Below are positions 56,367 through 64,000 of a stretch of DNA of 64,000 bases, piece by piece. Under the pieces are notes generated by a model, which worked only from the letters and a program-made list of their open reading frames with translations, made no database searches and was not told the origin of the DNA. Origin of the DNA: a virus; the UHGV virus genome UHGV-1364441; one strand, given 5' to 3'. The position numbers were made by a program, and so were the translations under genes. The first letter of the stretch is position 1. Each line of letters opens with the position of its first letter.

Positions 56367-58049
56367 TTAATTGCTCATCACAAATTTTGCAAAGTTTATT
56401 AACTGTTCTGGCGTCCAGTTTTCCGGATCGTCACCGGACGACAACGGCGCGGATTCGTACATACCATGCTCGTTGTTTTGCTCTGATTCATTCGCCTTAA
56501 ACTCTTTGATCATGGTGTTGAGAGTGTCATCGTCGATGTGCAACTGCTCAGTGAACAGATAACGCATAAACGCGTCGCTACCAGCCAGTTTCGGGTTGTT
56601 CTGGATCTGGTCCATAATTTGGGAGATGACAGCAACAAAGTTGGCGCGTGCATCCAGTTCTCGGTTTTCCTCTTCCTGGATAGCAGTGTTCATTGAGTTG
56701 AATTGCACGTCATAAGGGCGGTTTGTTTCGGTGTAAACCTTGCCGTATTTATAAGCGAGGTGAATGTCCAGAAGCCGATAAATAGTTCGCTGGGCGGCCT
56801 GTCTGATCCAGTTCGCACGCAATGCAGCCTGGATAGCAGTTTGCTGCCAGCCGCCTTCTCCAAGCCCTCCGCTCATCTGATCAGCCCAGCCAAGCATTGT
56901 TGCGTCAATGCCGAGGCTTGCAGCAAGCTGCCGGAGGTGAAACATAACGTCTTCGATACCACTGATATCTGCGGGTATGGATTGCGTATCAATGGTGATG
57001 CCGTTCTTCCCGTCTCCCATAACAGGTATCAGATGGTTAAGCACAGTCGGAATAGCGTTGGCATTAATCGACCTTTGCGCCACCAGGTCACTATGACGCT
57101 TCAATGCCTGGCTGACGCCACGCGTATAGTTCGCCGCATTAACCGGGTCCAGTGTGTTCGTCGTAAGAGCAATCAGGCGGTCAATTTTGGCTGCATTATT
57201 TCGCGTTGATTTCAGCGCGGCGAGCGAAGCACATAAATTAAGGTAAGGTTCATAGCTGTATTCCAGGAATGAAGTTCCGTAATTCTGCGTCTCCATTAAC
57301 GGCTTATCAGCCTGATCACTTAACAGTGAGTACCCTTTTGTGCCGTAGCTAACCGGAATAACTTTATGCTGTGGCGTCCAATAGGGATTTTTCATGGAAA
57401 CCAGATTCCACGGTTCGGTTATTACTCTGCGCAAACTATGCGTATCCAGAATGTAATCACCACTGAAACCTACCAGCTGGCTACCACGATAAAACTCCTG
57501 GACGAAGTGTGGCAGAGTGTAATAACTGGACTCAATGCCTGTTATCCCCCTGCCCTGTTCAGCATAAGGTCGGACATAAGACACCCCAAAGATAGCCATA
57601 ATCATGGCCCATGAAGGAAGTCCGTCATTAATCATCGCCCCCAAATCAGCGGTTAACTCTTCACATCTACTTACTGCCTCAGCATCGGAACCATCCTTTG
57701 GCGAAAGGATGAATGCTTGTCCGGTTTTTTTTGAAGGCGCAAGCGCATGTGCAATGTGAATGTTTAAAGCCGTCGAGATAGTCGGGCTTTTAGCCATCGT
57801 TTCCAGGATGTTGTACTTTTGCAGGCGCTCGCCGGGCAGTTCAGCGGATAAAGAAATTGAATCTGCTGCACTCGTCATGCCATCGCTGTTGCTCCCCAGT
57901 ATACCTGGACGTAAAGCAGACAGGCCGGAACGAGCAACGACACTATGCCCGCTCGTAAAAACGACCGGATCGGCGGGCGTAACATCACCACCGTTGAAGG
58001 CTTTCTTCAATGCTGACAGAAAGCCTTTGTTTTTGTCTTTCGTTGCCAT
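56367..58049 (-). CDS. Hypothetical protein (560 aa), possible virion or portal-class protein
   Basis: Size and operon position only. Confidence 0.45.
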   Translation of the reverse strand: MATKDKNKGFLSALKKAFNGGDVTPADPVVFTSGHSVVARSGLSALRPGILGSNSDGMTSAADSISLSAELPGERLQKYNILETMAKSPTISTALNIHIAHALAPSKKTGQAFILSPKDGSDAEAVSRCEELTADLGAMINDGLPSWAMIMAIFGVSYVRPYAEQGRGITGIESSYYTLPHFVQEFYRGSQLVGFSGDYILDTHSLRRVITEPWNLVSMKNPYWTPQHKVIPVSYGTKGYSLLSDQADKPLMETQNYGTSFLEYSYEPYLNLCASLAALKSTRNNAAKIDRLIALTTNTLDPVNAANYTRGVSQALKRHSDLVAQRSINANAIPTVLNHLIPVMGDGKNGITIDTQSIPADISGIEDVMFHLRQLAASLGIDATMLGWADQMSGGLGEGGWQQTAIQAALRANWIRQAAQRTIYRLLDIHLAYKYGKVYTETNRPYDVQFNSMNTAIQEEENRELDARANFVAVISQIMDQIQNNPKLAGSDAFMRYLFTEQLHIDDDTLNTMIKEFKANESEQNNEHGMYESAPLSSGDDPENWTPEQLINFAKFVMSN

Positions 58050-58113
58050 GAATCACCGCAAATTGTTTCCAGTTTTGCGGCAGCATAATCAGTATGTGAT
58101 TTCAGCGGTTGGC

Positions 58114-59511
58114 TTAGTTTTCCATACTGCAATTATTTAGAACTGTAGAATTTTCAAACATAGCAAAGTTCAGACCTTTCCCTTCGCCAAATTCACCCTC
58201 AATTTCATCAGAAACGGCAGATAAAATGCTACGCAGATCGACATCTCCGCCGCCGAACATATCGCCTAACGCTTGTTGTTGGTGAATAAGTTCATCGTTA
58301 ATTTTTTGCGCCAGTTTCTTGAAAGCGGCCCCCATTCGCTTAGCGCTTCGGTTGTTGGCAACAATAAACAGAGCAAGCGCTTCTGCTTCCGGAGTGCTAT
58401 CTCCAAACAATCCACGCTGTGCGATCACCTCTTCTACTGCCTGACCGTTATCTTTTGCTTCACGAACAAGGTTAATTGCTTCCTGTAGCGCTGCAATAGC
58501 CTGTTTATCCAGGCCATTAACCTGCTCTATACCGTCCACTAAGCCTGTTACTGCGTCATGGTGAGCGTCGCCAGACAGCGACTGCATTTGCGCAAAATCG
58601 CTGGCTGCCGTATTTAATGCGGTCAGGATATTACGCATTTCCGGATCTGGCTCTTCCGACACTAGCCGAACAAGCCTTTCATCCTTGTACGCTTTGGCAA
58701 AAATTGCATTCTGGATGCGATCGATAAGCTGTTTCGTGGGACGCCCATCGGCAGTAAGCAAGCCTGCCGTCGCTGTATCGCCAATTTCGCGCAAAAACGC
58801 ACGAATAAACGCATCATTGGACCGCGCCAGCAGATTTCCATCATCTGAAGGATTAAATAGCGCCATGACGCTCTCAGTGAGAAATTGCGCATCCGCATAC
58901 GCTTTTTCACTTGCTGCCATCTCTTGCAGATCGCTAATGTTTGAATCGCGGGCAAATTGAGCGCGGTCTACATCTGTGAGTCTTTCTCGCACTAGTACGG
59001 GCATAGACATTTGCGAAATTTCGTCAGGATTCAGACCAAACTCTTTCGCATGGTCGATCAGGTACTGGCGATACTCATCCGCCTGTCCTTGCTCATAGGC
59101 ACGCCAGATACCCATACTCCTTCCGTTGCCGGATTCAACAACGTTGTCCGGACCAACTATCGGCGCTCCGTGGCTGCTCATACCGGAATCCGTTAATTGT
59201 GCCGGGCGTAAATTGGAGGCAATACGGTTAACCTGGAGTTTGCTGGATAGCCGGGTACGATCTCGTGGTTGGAGTTCTTCCGGGAAGGCCGGGTTAATCA
59301 TACCGTCAAGGTTGTTCGAAATGATCAGACTGCTGGCATCAACGACCTTAAAAGCCGTCTTTACCTCTGCACCTTTGCTGGTGACTACGTAGCTACTTCG
59401 CCCCAGGCGTGTTTCTTTCCTCTCTAATGAAGAAACCAGAGCAATGACGCTGTTAATATCTGCGGCCTCGGAAAGCGCAGAAGTAACTGATTTGTTCAAA
59501 ATACACTCCAA
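58114..59511 (-). CDS. Hypothetical protein (465 aa) with possible ParB/Srx-like N-terminal motif
   Basis: ELQPRDRTR segment resembles the ParB-like nuclease-domain QPR motif; weak. Confidence 0.4.
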   Translation of the reverse strand: MECILNKSVTSALSEAADINSVIALVSSLERKETRLGRSSYVVTSKGAEVKTAFKVVDASSLIISNNLDGMINPAFPEELQPRDRTRLSSKLQVNRIASNLRPAQLTDSGMSSHGAPIVGPDNVVESGNGRSMGIWRAYEQGQADEYRQYLIDHAKEFGLNPDEISQMSMPVLVRERLTDVDRAQFARDSNISDLQEMAASEKAYADAQFLTESVMALFNPSDDGNLLARSNDAFIRAFLREIGDTATAGLLTADGRPTKQLIDRIQNAIFAKAYKDERLVRLVSEEPDPEMRNILTALNTAASDFAQMQSLSGDAHHDAVTGLVDGIEQVNGLDKQAIAALQEAINLVREAKDNGQAVEEVIAQRGLFGDSTPEAEALALFIVANNRSAKRMGAAFKKLAQKINDELIHQQQALGDMFGGGDVDLRSILSAVSDEIEGEFGEGKGLNFAMFENSTVLNNCSMEN

Positions 59512-59593
59512 CTATAGAGAAAGCTGTGAGTGTAAAAAGAGTGTGATTTATGTGAGAACAGAGAAGTGAAAGGGGCATTTCGCCCCCTTTTGA

Positions 59594-59968
59594 TTACCCG
59601 GCATAACCGTTGGCTTTCACCCAGCTTATGGTCTGTTCTTTAGCCTGCTCCAACGTAAGGAACTCGCCAACATAGTTTGAGATCCCACGCAGCGCATCAA
59701 TAAATTCCATTTGTGTGGACTTTGTGAACACGCCGCCCAGGAAGTCAGTCACTATCTTAGGAACTTCATCTGCAACAGGATCAGACTGTGGTTGTGGTTG
59801 CGGTTCCGACATCGGTTGAGCGGCAGTACCCAACCCCAGTTTAAGCATCAGATCAACAATCTGCTTACCAATGGCGACGCGTTGTAATACTGGCGCGGTT
59901 TTCTGCGCCTGCATTAAATCTGATAGCTCTTTACCCAATTTCAGACGGTCTAAAACAGAGATAGTCAT
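59594..59968 (-). CDS. Hypothetical protein (124 aa)
   Basis: Coupled ORF in same operon. Confidence 0.45.
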   Translation of the reverse strand: MTISVLDRLKLGKELSDLMQAQKTAPVLQRVAIGKQIVDLMLKLGLGTAAQPMSEPQPQPQSDPVADEVPKIVTDFLGGVFTKSTQMEFIDALRGISNYVGEFLTLEQAKEQTISWVKANGYAG

Positions 59969-61905
59969 TAAGCACCTCCCTGCTGAATTTCAGCCAGAAT
60001 GTTGATCAGGTAGTCAACTGCTGCGCCAACCGTTGATTCGTTCTCGTCGTATCGACCAGCACTGATAAGAGCGTTTGCAGCTTCCTGCACATGGTCAAGT
60101 TCGGCACTGATTACCGTCAGATCGCGAGATGTAAACTGCACCGGGACGGATTTAAGGTACTCCAACGCTTTATCTGCTTCCTGATCAGCTTCAGTTGCCG
60201 CTTCTTCAGCGTCTTCCGGCGTTGGCTGTTGCTCTGGTGCTGTTTGTGGGTGTGATTCTGGCTCAACTACAGGTGCTAATTCAGGCTCTGGCGTTACTTC
60301 GTTTGAATGATTTTGAAGGGCGTTATATACGTCCATAATGAAAAGGTTCTCCCCATCACCAAGTGGATACGCCACGTTTGGAAACGCTTTGCGGAAAAGA
60401 ATTTTCACTTGCGCCTTGAATGTTTTCAGGTCACTGCCAAACAGGTCTACATAGCCATCAATATGTTTCGACATGCTGGACACAACCAATTGGCCTGCAA
60501 AATCTTTCAGCTCATCTTCATCAGGAAGATAGAGCAACTCGTACTGGCTGACTTCTTCATCTGTCAGTTTACGGTCATACGTAATGATACCGTGACGAGC
60601 ATATTCGTAATACTGATCAGCCTGGTCAGGACGATCAAGCACGGCTTTATTTCCATCCGGCACAGCACCAACACCAGCCGGGCGAGATTGAAGTGCATAG
60701 TGGTATTTACCTACATCTTGGCTCTCTGGTTGTGATACTGGGTTCGTCTCGGGGTCTGTCTGTGGTGGTTCGGAGTCTTCCTGCTGGCCTGGTAACACAT
60801 CAACTTTATATTTATCTGCGTTATGCTCTCGGTAGGCTTTAAGTAATTTGGTTGCAGCATCTGCCAAACTGCCTCCTTTGACAGCACTGACATCAATACT
60901 GAATTTACCTTCAGGTGCTACTATCGTAACGAAATTGTCACTGCCGGACGTGACATAATTAACTTCAGCGCCATTATCCAGCACTGTTTTTCCGTCAATG
61001 GCAAGATTATGTTTTACATGTCGCAGCTGGTCACTAAACGCTCGTTCCTTCGTTTTTTTACCTTTAGCAGACAACAATTTATCGCGTTTTTCTTGTAATT
61101 CCTCGTTGATGGCTTTCTGGGCATCAAGTTTTTTTTGCATCTCCGTAAGAGCAGCACGCTTTTCAGTCAGCCCACGTTGCGCAACGTCCACCTGATCAAT
61201 CATTATTGACCGTTCTTCTGCCAGTTTATCTGCTTCATTGAGATAACTCTCAATATCTGCCTTCATTTTGTCCTGGCGCTCTTTTGCTTTCTTAAATTTT
61301 TCGCTGTTACGCTCAATCAAATTAGATAGCGCCTGGCATACCTGGCTTAAAGAAACATCTCTCCCACCAATCGGGGCGACAACGTGAGTTACGTTACGCT
61401 TATTAAGTAAAAACTGAAATGCAACAAGCTCGTCGTTACTCTTTATTTTTGCCCCGTCAGCTGTTGGAGAGTGGAAAATTATGCTTGTACTCTGCCCGTC
61501 AGTAAGCGGTATCTGCGCGGTCAAAACAGGGATATTAGCTACCCGACGTACACGACCGATAATCGCACCACCAATACAATTACGTCCATTTTCATCGGTC
61601 CCGGCTTCATCAGTCCCTGCCATAATATTCGTACCATTCAGGCCACGATTCAGCGCACGGACGAAAGCTCGCATTGTTTGAGCTAACCGAATTCTGGTTG
61701 TAGTTATGGACTCAAACATAGCTTCGTCAGACACAACCAGAATTTCATTGCCCATATAGGCAAGCTCAATATCTTCTAAGGTCGCCGCCTCAAAAATCAG
61801 GTCATCTTCGCTTAATTCTTCTGAAGACCAGCGACTTGGCATATAGCCGGGGATCGTATCAGCAAAAGTAGACTGAATATTAATTCGTAAAGGATTGTTA
61901 ATCAT
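59968..61905 (-). CDS. Large hypothetical protein, possible DarA-like internal head protein
   Basis: Size close to P1 DarA and position after LydA/LydB-like genes; start set at ATG 61905 (GGAGG 6 nt upstream). Confidence 0.4.
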   Translation of the reverse strand: MINNPLRINIQSTFADTIPGYMPSRWSSEELSEDDLIFEAATLEDIELAYMGNEILVVSDEAMFESITTTRIRLAQTMRAFVRALNRGLNGTNIMAGTDEAGTDENGRNCIGGAIIGRVRRVANIPVLTAQIPLTDGQSTSIIFHSPTADGAKIKSNDELVAFQFLLNKRNVTHVVAPIGGRDVSLSQVCQALSNLIERNSEKFKKAKERQDKMKADIESYLNEADKLAEERSIMIDQVDVAQRGLTEKRAALTEMQKKLDAQKAINEELQEKRDKLLSAKGKKTKERAFSDQLRHVKHNLAIDGKTVLDNGAEVNYVTSGSDNFVTIVAPEGKFSIDVSAVKGGSLADAATKLLKAYREHNADKYKVDVLPGQQEDSEPPQTDPETNPVSQPESQDVGKYHYALQSRPAGVGAVPDGNKAVLDRPDQADQYYEYARHGIITYDRKLTDEEVSQYELLYLPDEDELKDFAGQLVVSSMSKHIDGYVDLFGSDLKTFKAQVKILFRKAFPNVAYPLGDGENLFIMDVYNALQNHSNEVTPEPELAPVVEPESHPQTAPEQQPTPEDAEEAATEADQEADKALEYLKSVPVQFTSRDLTVISAELDHVQEAANALISAGRYDENESTVGAAVDYLINILAEIQQGGA

Positions 61906-62518
61906 GCTCATCCTCCAGGCGCGCGATTTCTTCTTTAAGAGCACGTGTCTTAGCTACTTCCTGAGACAAGGCAGCTTTAACATTACCCGTATCTTGCATT
62001 ACTTTGTCTGACTTGCTCTGGAGTTTAGACAGTTTGTCGTTAGCATTAGCGATATCTTCACGGAGTGCATCACGTGATTCTTTCGCTTCAGCTAATTTCT
62101 GAGCGTTAGATTTAACTCCCTGCCGCTTCTTATTTCCGTCATCAATATTTTTTGCTGCACGAGCAAGTTTTCGAGCTAATGACTTCTGGAAAGAAGTTGC
62201 TCCACGATTAAATAAAGCCGCAAGAGATTGCCCCAAAGCCGACATTGTTTTTACTGGCTTGAACGGTACTGTTTTACCATTCAGTTTGATCCCAGATATA
62301 TCACCGGTATCGTTAACCTGAACTTCCATTGTCTGTTCATCAATACCAATAAGGGTAAACGTGCGCGTCATGATCCCATCTTTCTTCCTGCCATTACTTG
62401 CAGGGATCACCCTCGCTATCTTGTAACCACCTTTGCTGATTTCTTTGACGAGTTTTGACAGCCCCTTTTCGTTTAACTCATCATAATTAAGAAGAACATA
62501 ATTATTCTTATTTGACAT
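61898..62518 (-). CDS. Coiled-coil hypothetical protein (206 aa)
   Basis: Start at ATG 62518 with AAGGAG RBS. Confidence 0.45.
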   Translation of the reverse strand: MSNKNNYVLLNYDELNEKGLSKLVKEISKGGYKIARVIPASNGRKKDGIMTRTFTLIGIDEQTMEVQVNDTGDISGIKLNGKTVPFKPVKTMSALGQSLAALFNRGATSFQKSLARKLARAAKNIDDGNKKRQGVKSNAQKLAEAKESRDALREDIANANDKLSKLQSKSDKVMQDTGNVKAALSQEVAKTRALKEEIARLEDEHD

Positions 62519-62954
62519 CCCAGTCTCCTTCACGCTTTTCGATCGTAAACTGGCGCTCTATGCAGTCATTGATAGGGAAAATGCGATAAAGCGGATTCAG
62601 TCGACAGTTACCGTTAGTCAATGTGACTTTCAGATCCCACTTCGTTGGTTCAAGATATTTCGTATCGATGAGCAAATACTCTTCTCTCTCACCGCGTTTT
62701 GAGGCGTCAACTGGTCGCGTTTTCCCTGAAATAACCACAGATGGATTTTTCAGGTCTTGCAACCAATATTCGATTTGAGCATTGCTGACCCAGCTTCGCT
62801 TAACACGTAGCGAAACAGGAAATGCTATAGCGGATTCTTTCACTACAGCGTCACCAATACTCAAAATCTCAACACTCTTGCGACGAAAAATGAAACGGTC
62901 AATGATGGCAACAAATGCCATGATAAAAATGAAATAATTTCCAAAGTTACCCAT
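62508..62954 (-). CDS. Membrane-anchored protein, possible LydB-like antiholin
   Basis: N-terminal TM helix; 148 aa; follows a holin-like gene as lydB does in P1. Confidence 0.35.
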   Translation of the reverse strand: MGNFGNYFIFIMAFVAIIDRFIFRRKSVEILSIGDAVVKESAIAFPVSLRVKRSWVSNAQIEYWLQDLKNPSVVISGKTRPVDASKRGEREEYLLIDTKYLEPTKWDLKVTLTNGNCRLNPLYRIFPINDCIERQFTIEKREGDWDVK

Positions 62955-63280
62955 TATTTCTCTCCACCTTTTCCCCCATTCGCTATTACGCTTAAGAGAT
63001 TCAAGACGTTACTAGCTCTGGACTTCAAGCCCTGTAAAATTTCACTACCGTTGTTACTGGCAATCAGAACAACGCAGAAAATGATACCTTCAGGCCATTC
63101 TTGGCTAACCGCCACCCCATACCCCGCAAGCCCGGCTGTTACCGCAGTAAACAATTCACTCGCAAGATTGAGCAGGGACGCAGAAATGCGCCCGTCTCTA
63201 ACTCCGAGAAGGAATACGCCGGTTCCACTTAGTAGGGATGTTATGACTACTACAGCCAGATTTTCATAATCTGCAAACAT
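62954..63280 (-). CDS. Holin-like small membrane protein, possible LydA-like
   Basis: 108 aa with about three hydrophobic helices; first gene of the operon. Confidence 0.4.
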   Translation of the reverse strand: MFADYENLAVVVITSLLSGTGVFLLGVRDGRISASLLNLASELFTAVTAGLAGYGVAVSQEWPEGIIFCVVLIASNNGSEILQGLKSRASNVLNLLSVIANGGKGGEK

Positions 63281-63384
63281 ACCCCTCCAGAAATAACATC
63301 TAATGCGCCACTAACTTAGCCAGTTTGTTATTTCCTTACAGGACATCTTCTAGAATCTCCTTCCTTAACATACAAGGGGGACAT

Positions 63385-63945
63385 ATGCTTATTGGATACA
63401 TTCGCGTATCAACTAATGACCAAAACACTGCTTTACAACGAAACGCTCTTGAAAGCGCAGGATGTGAGCTAATTTTTGAGGACAAGGCGAGCGGCAAAAA
63501 GGCTGAGCGCCCTGGGTTAAAAAAGGTACTCCGTATGCTTTCCAGAGGTGATACCCTGGTCGTATGGAAGTTAGACCGTCTTGGGCGCAGCATGCGTCAC
63601 TTAGTTGTGCTGGTGGAAGAGCTGCGTGACAGAGGCATTAACTTCCGGAGTCTCACTGACTCCATCGACACCAGTACACCAATGGGGCGCTTTTTCTTTC
63701 ACGTAATGGGGGCGCTGGCAGAAATGGAACGTGAGCTTATCGTTGAACGTACACGCGCTGGACTTGATGCAGCTCGCGCAGAAGGTCGTATAGGTGGGCG
63801 TCGACCTAAATACCAAGAAGAAACATGGCAGCAAATGCGGCGATTGCTGGAGAAGGGCATCCCCCGTAAGCAGGTTGCAATCATCTATGATGTGGCTGTT
63901 TCCACGCTTTATAAGAAGTTTCCGGCGTCATCCTTTCAATCCTAA
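63385..63945 (+). CDS. cin: Cin/Hin/Gin-family serine DNA invertase
   Basis: MLIGYIRVSTNDQN ... LVVWKLDRLGRS ... GRRPK, near-colinear with P1 Cin; 186 aa from ATG 63385. Confidence 0.85.
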   Translation: MLIGYIRVSTNDQNTALQRNALESAGCELIFEDKASGKKAERPGLKKVLRMLSRGDTLVVWKLDRLGRSMRHLVVLVEELRDRGINFRSLTDSIDTSTPMGRFFFHVMGALAEMERELIVERTRAGLDAARAEGRIGGRRPKYQEETWQQMRRLLEKGIPRKQVAIIYDVAVSTLYKKFPASSFQS

Positions 63946-64000
63946 ACCTTGGTTTAAGAGAACTCGGTACCAGCGGTGAAAAGATCCCCCTGTTGAGTAC

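Noticed and set aside
63385-63945. Serine recombinase as a transposon resolvase or IS element
   Set aside because: Near-colinear with Cin/Hin/Gin invertases and not accompanied by a transposase or terminal inverted repeats.

Overview
This window is a ~64 kb stretch of a P1/D6-like plasmid prophage (phage-plasmid) from an enterobacterial host, not chromosomal backbone. Supporting features: a double partition locus (actin-type ParM/ParR plus a small ParA with an RHH partner, each with repeat arrays), a Cre-family recombinase of the Dre type next to a rox-like 14-4-14 site, a Cin-type invertase at the right edge, PacA/PacB-like terminase genes, a 2279-aa DarB-like methyltransferase-helicase, a Ref-like HNH protein, a UmuD'-like HumD homolog behind a perfect LexA box, a Rha-family antirepressor-like gene, and four minus-strand tRNAs (Arg-UCU, Thr-UGU, Ser-UGA, Ile2-CAU). 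Accessory content includes a complete host-like glnS, Dam-like and C5-cytosine methyltransferase-like genes downstream of an RdgC homolog, HigB/HigA, a lambda-type Ser/Thr phosphatase, dUTPase, and a lambdoid-style block of small genes. The most striking non-genic signal is a ~17-bp motif (core TGTTAGAAA, roughly ATGTTAGAAAAYTAATT) at 12 or more intergenic loci, often as inverted pairs, which I interpret as operators of a C1-like master repressor. Other candidates worth follow-up are a protein carrying a ClpX-type zinc-finger domain, a terminase-large paralog with degenerate ATPase motifs, and the glnS cargo. Gene starts were refined from the ORF track by RBS spacing and stop/start overlap; coordinates of non-CDS features are approximate to a few bases. 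All homology statements are from reading the translated sequence, not from database searches.
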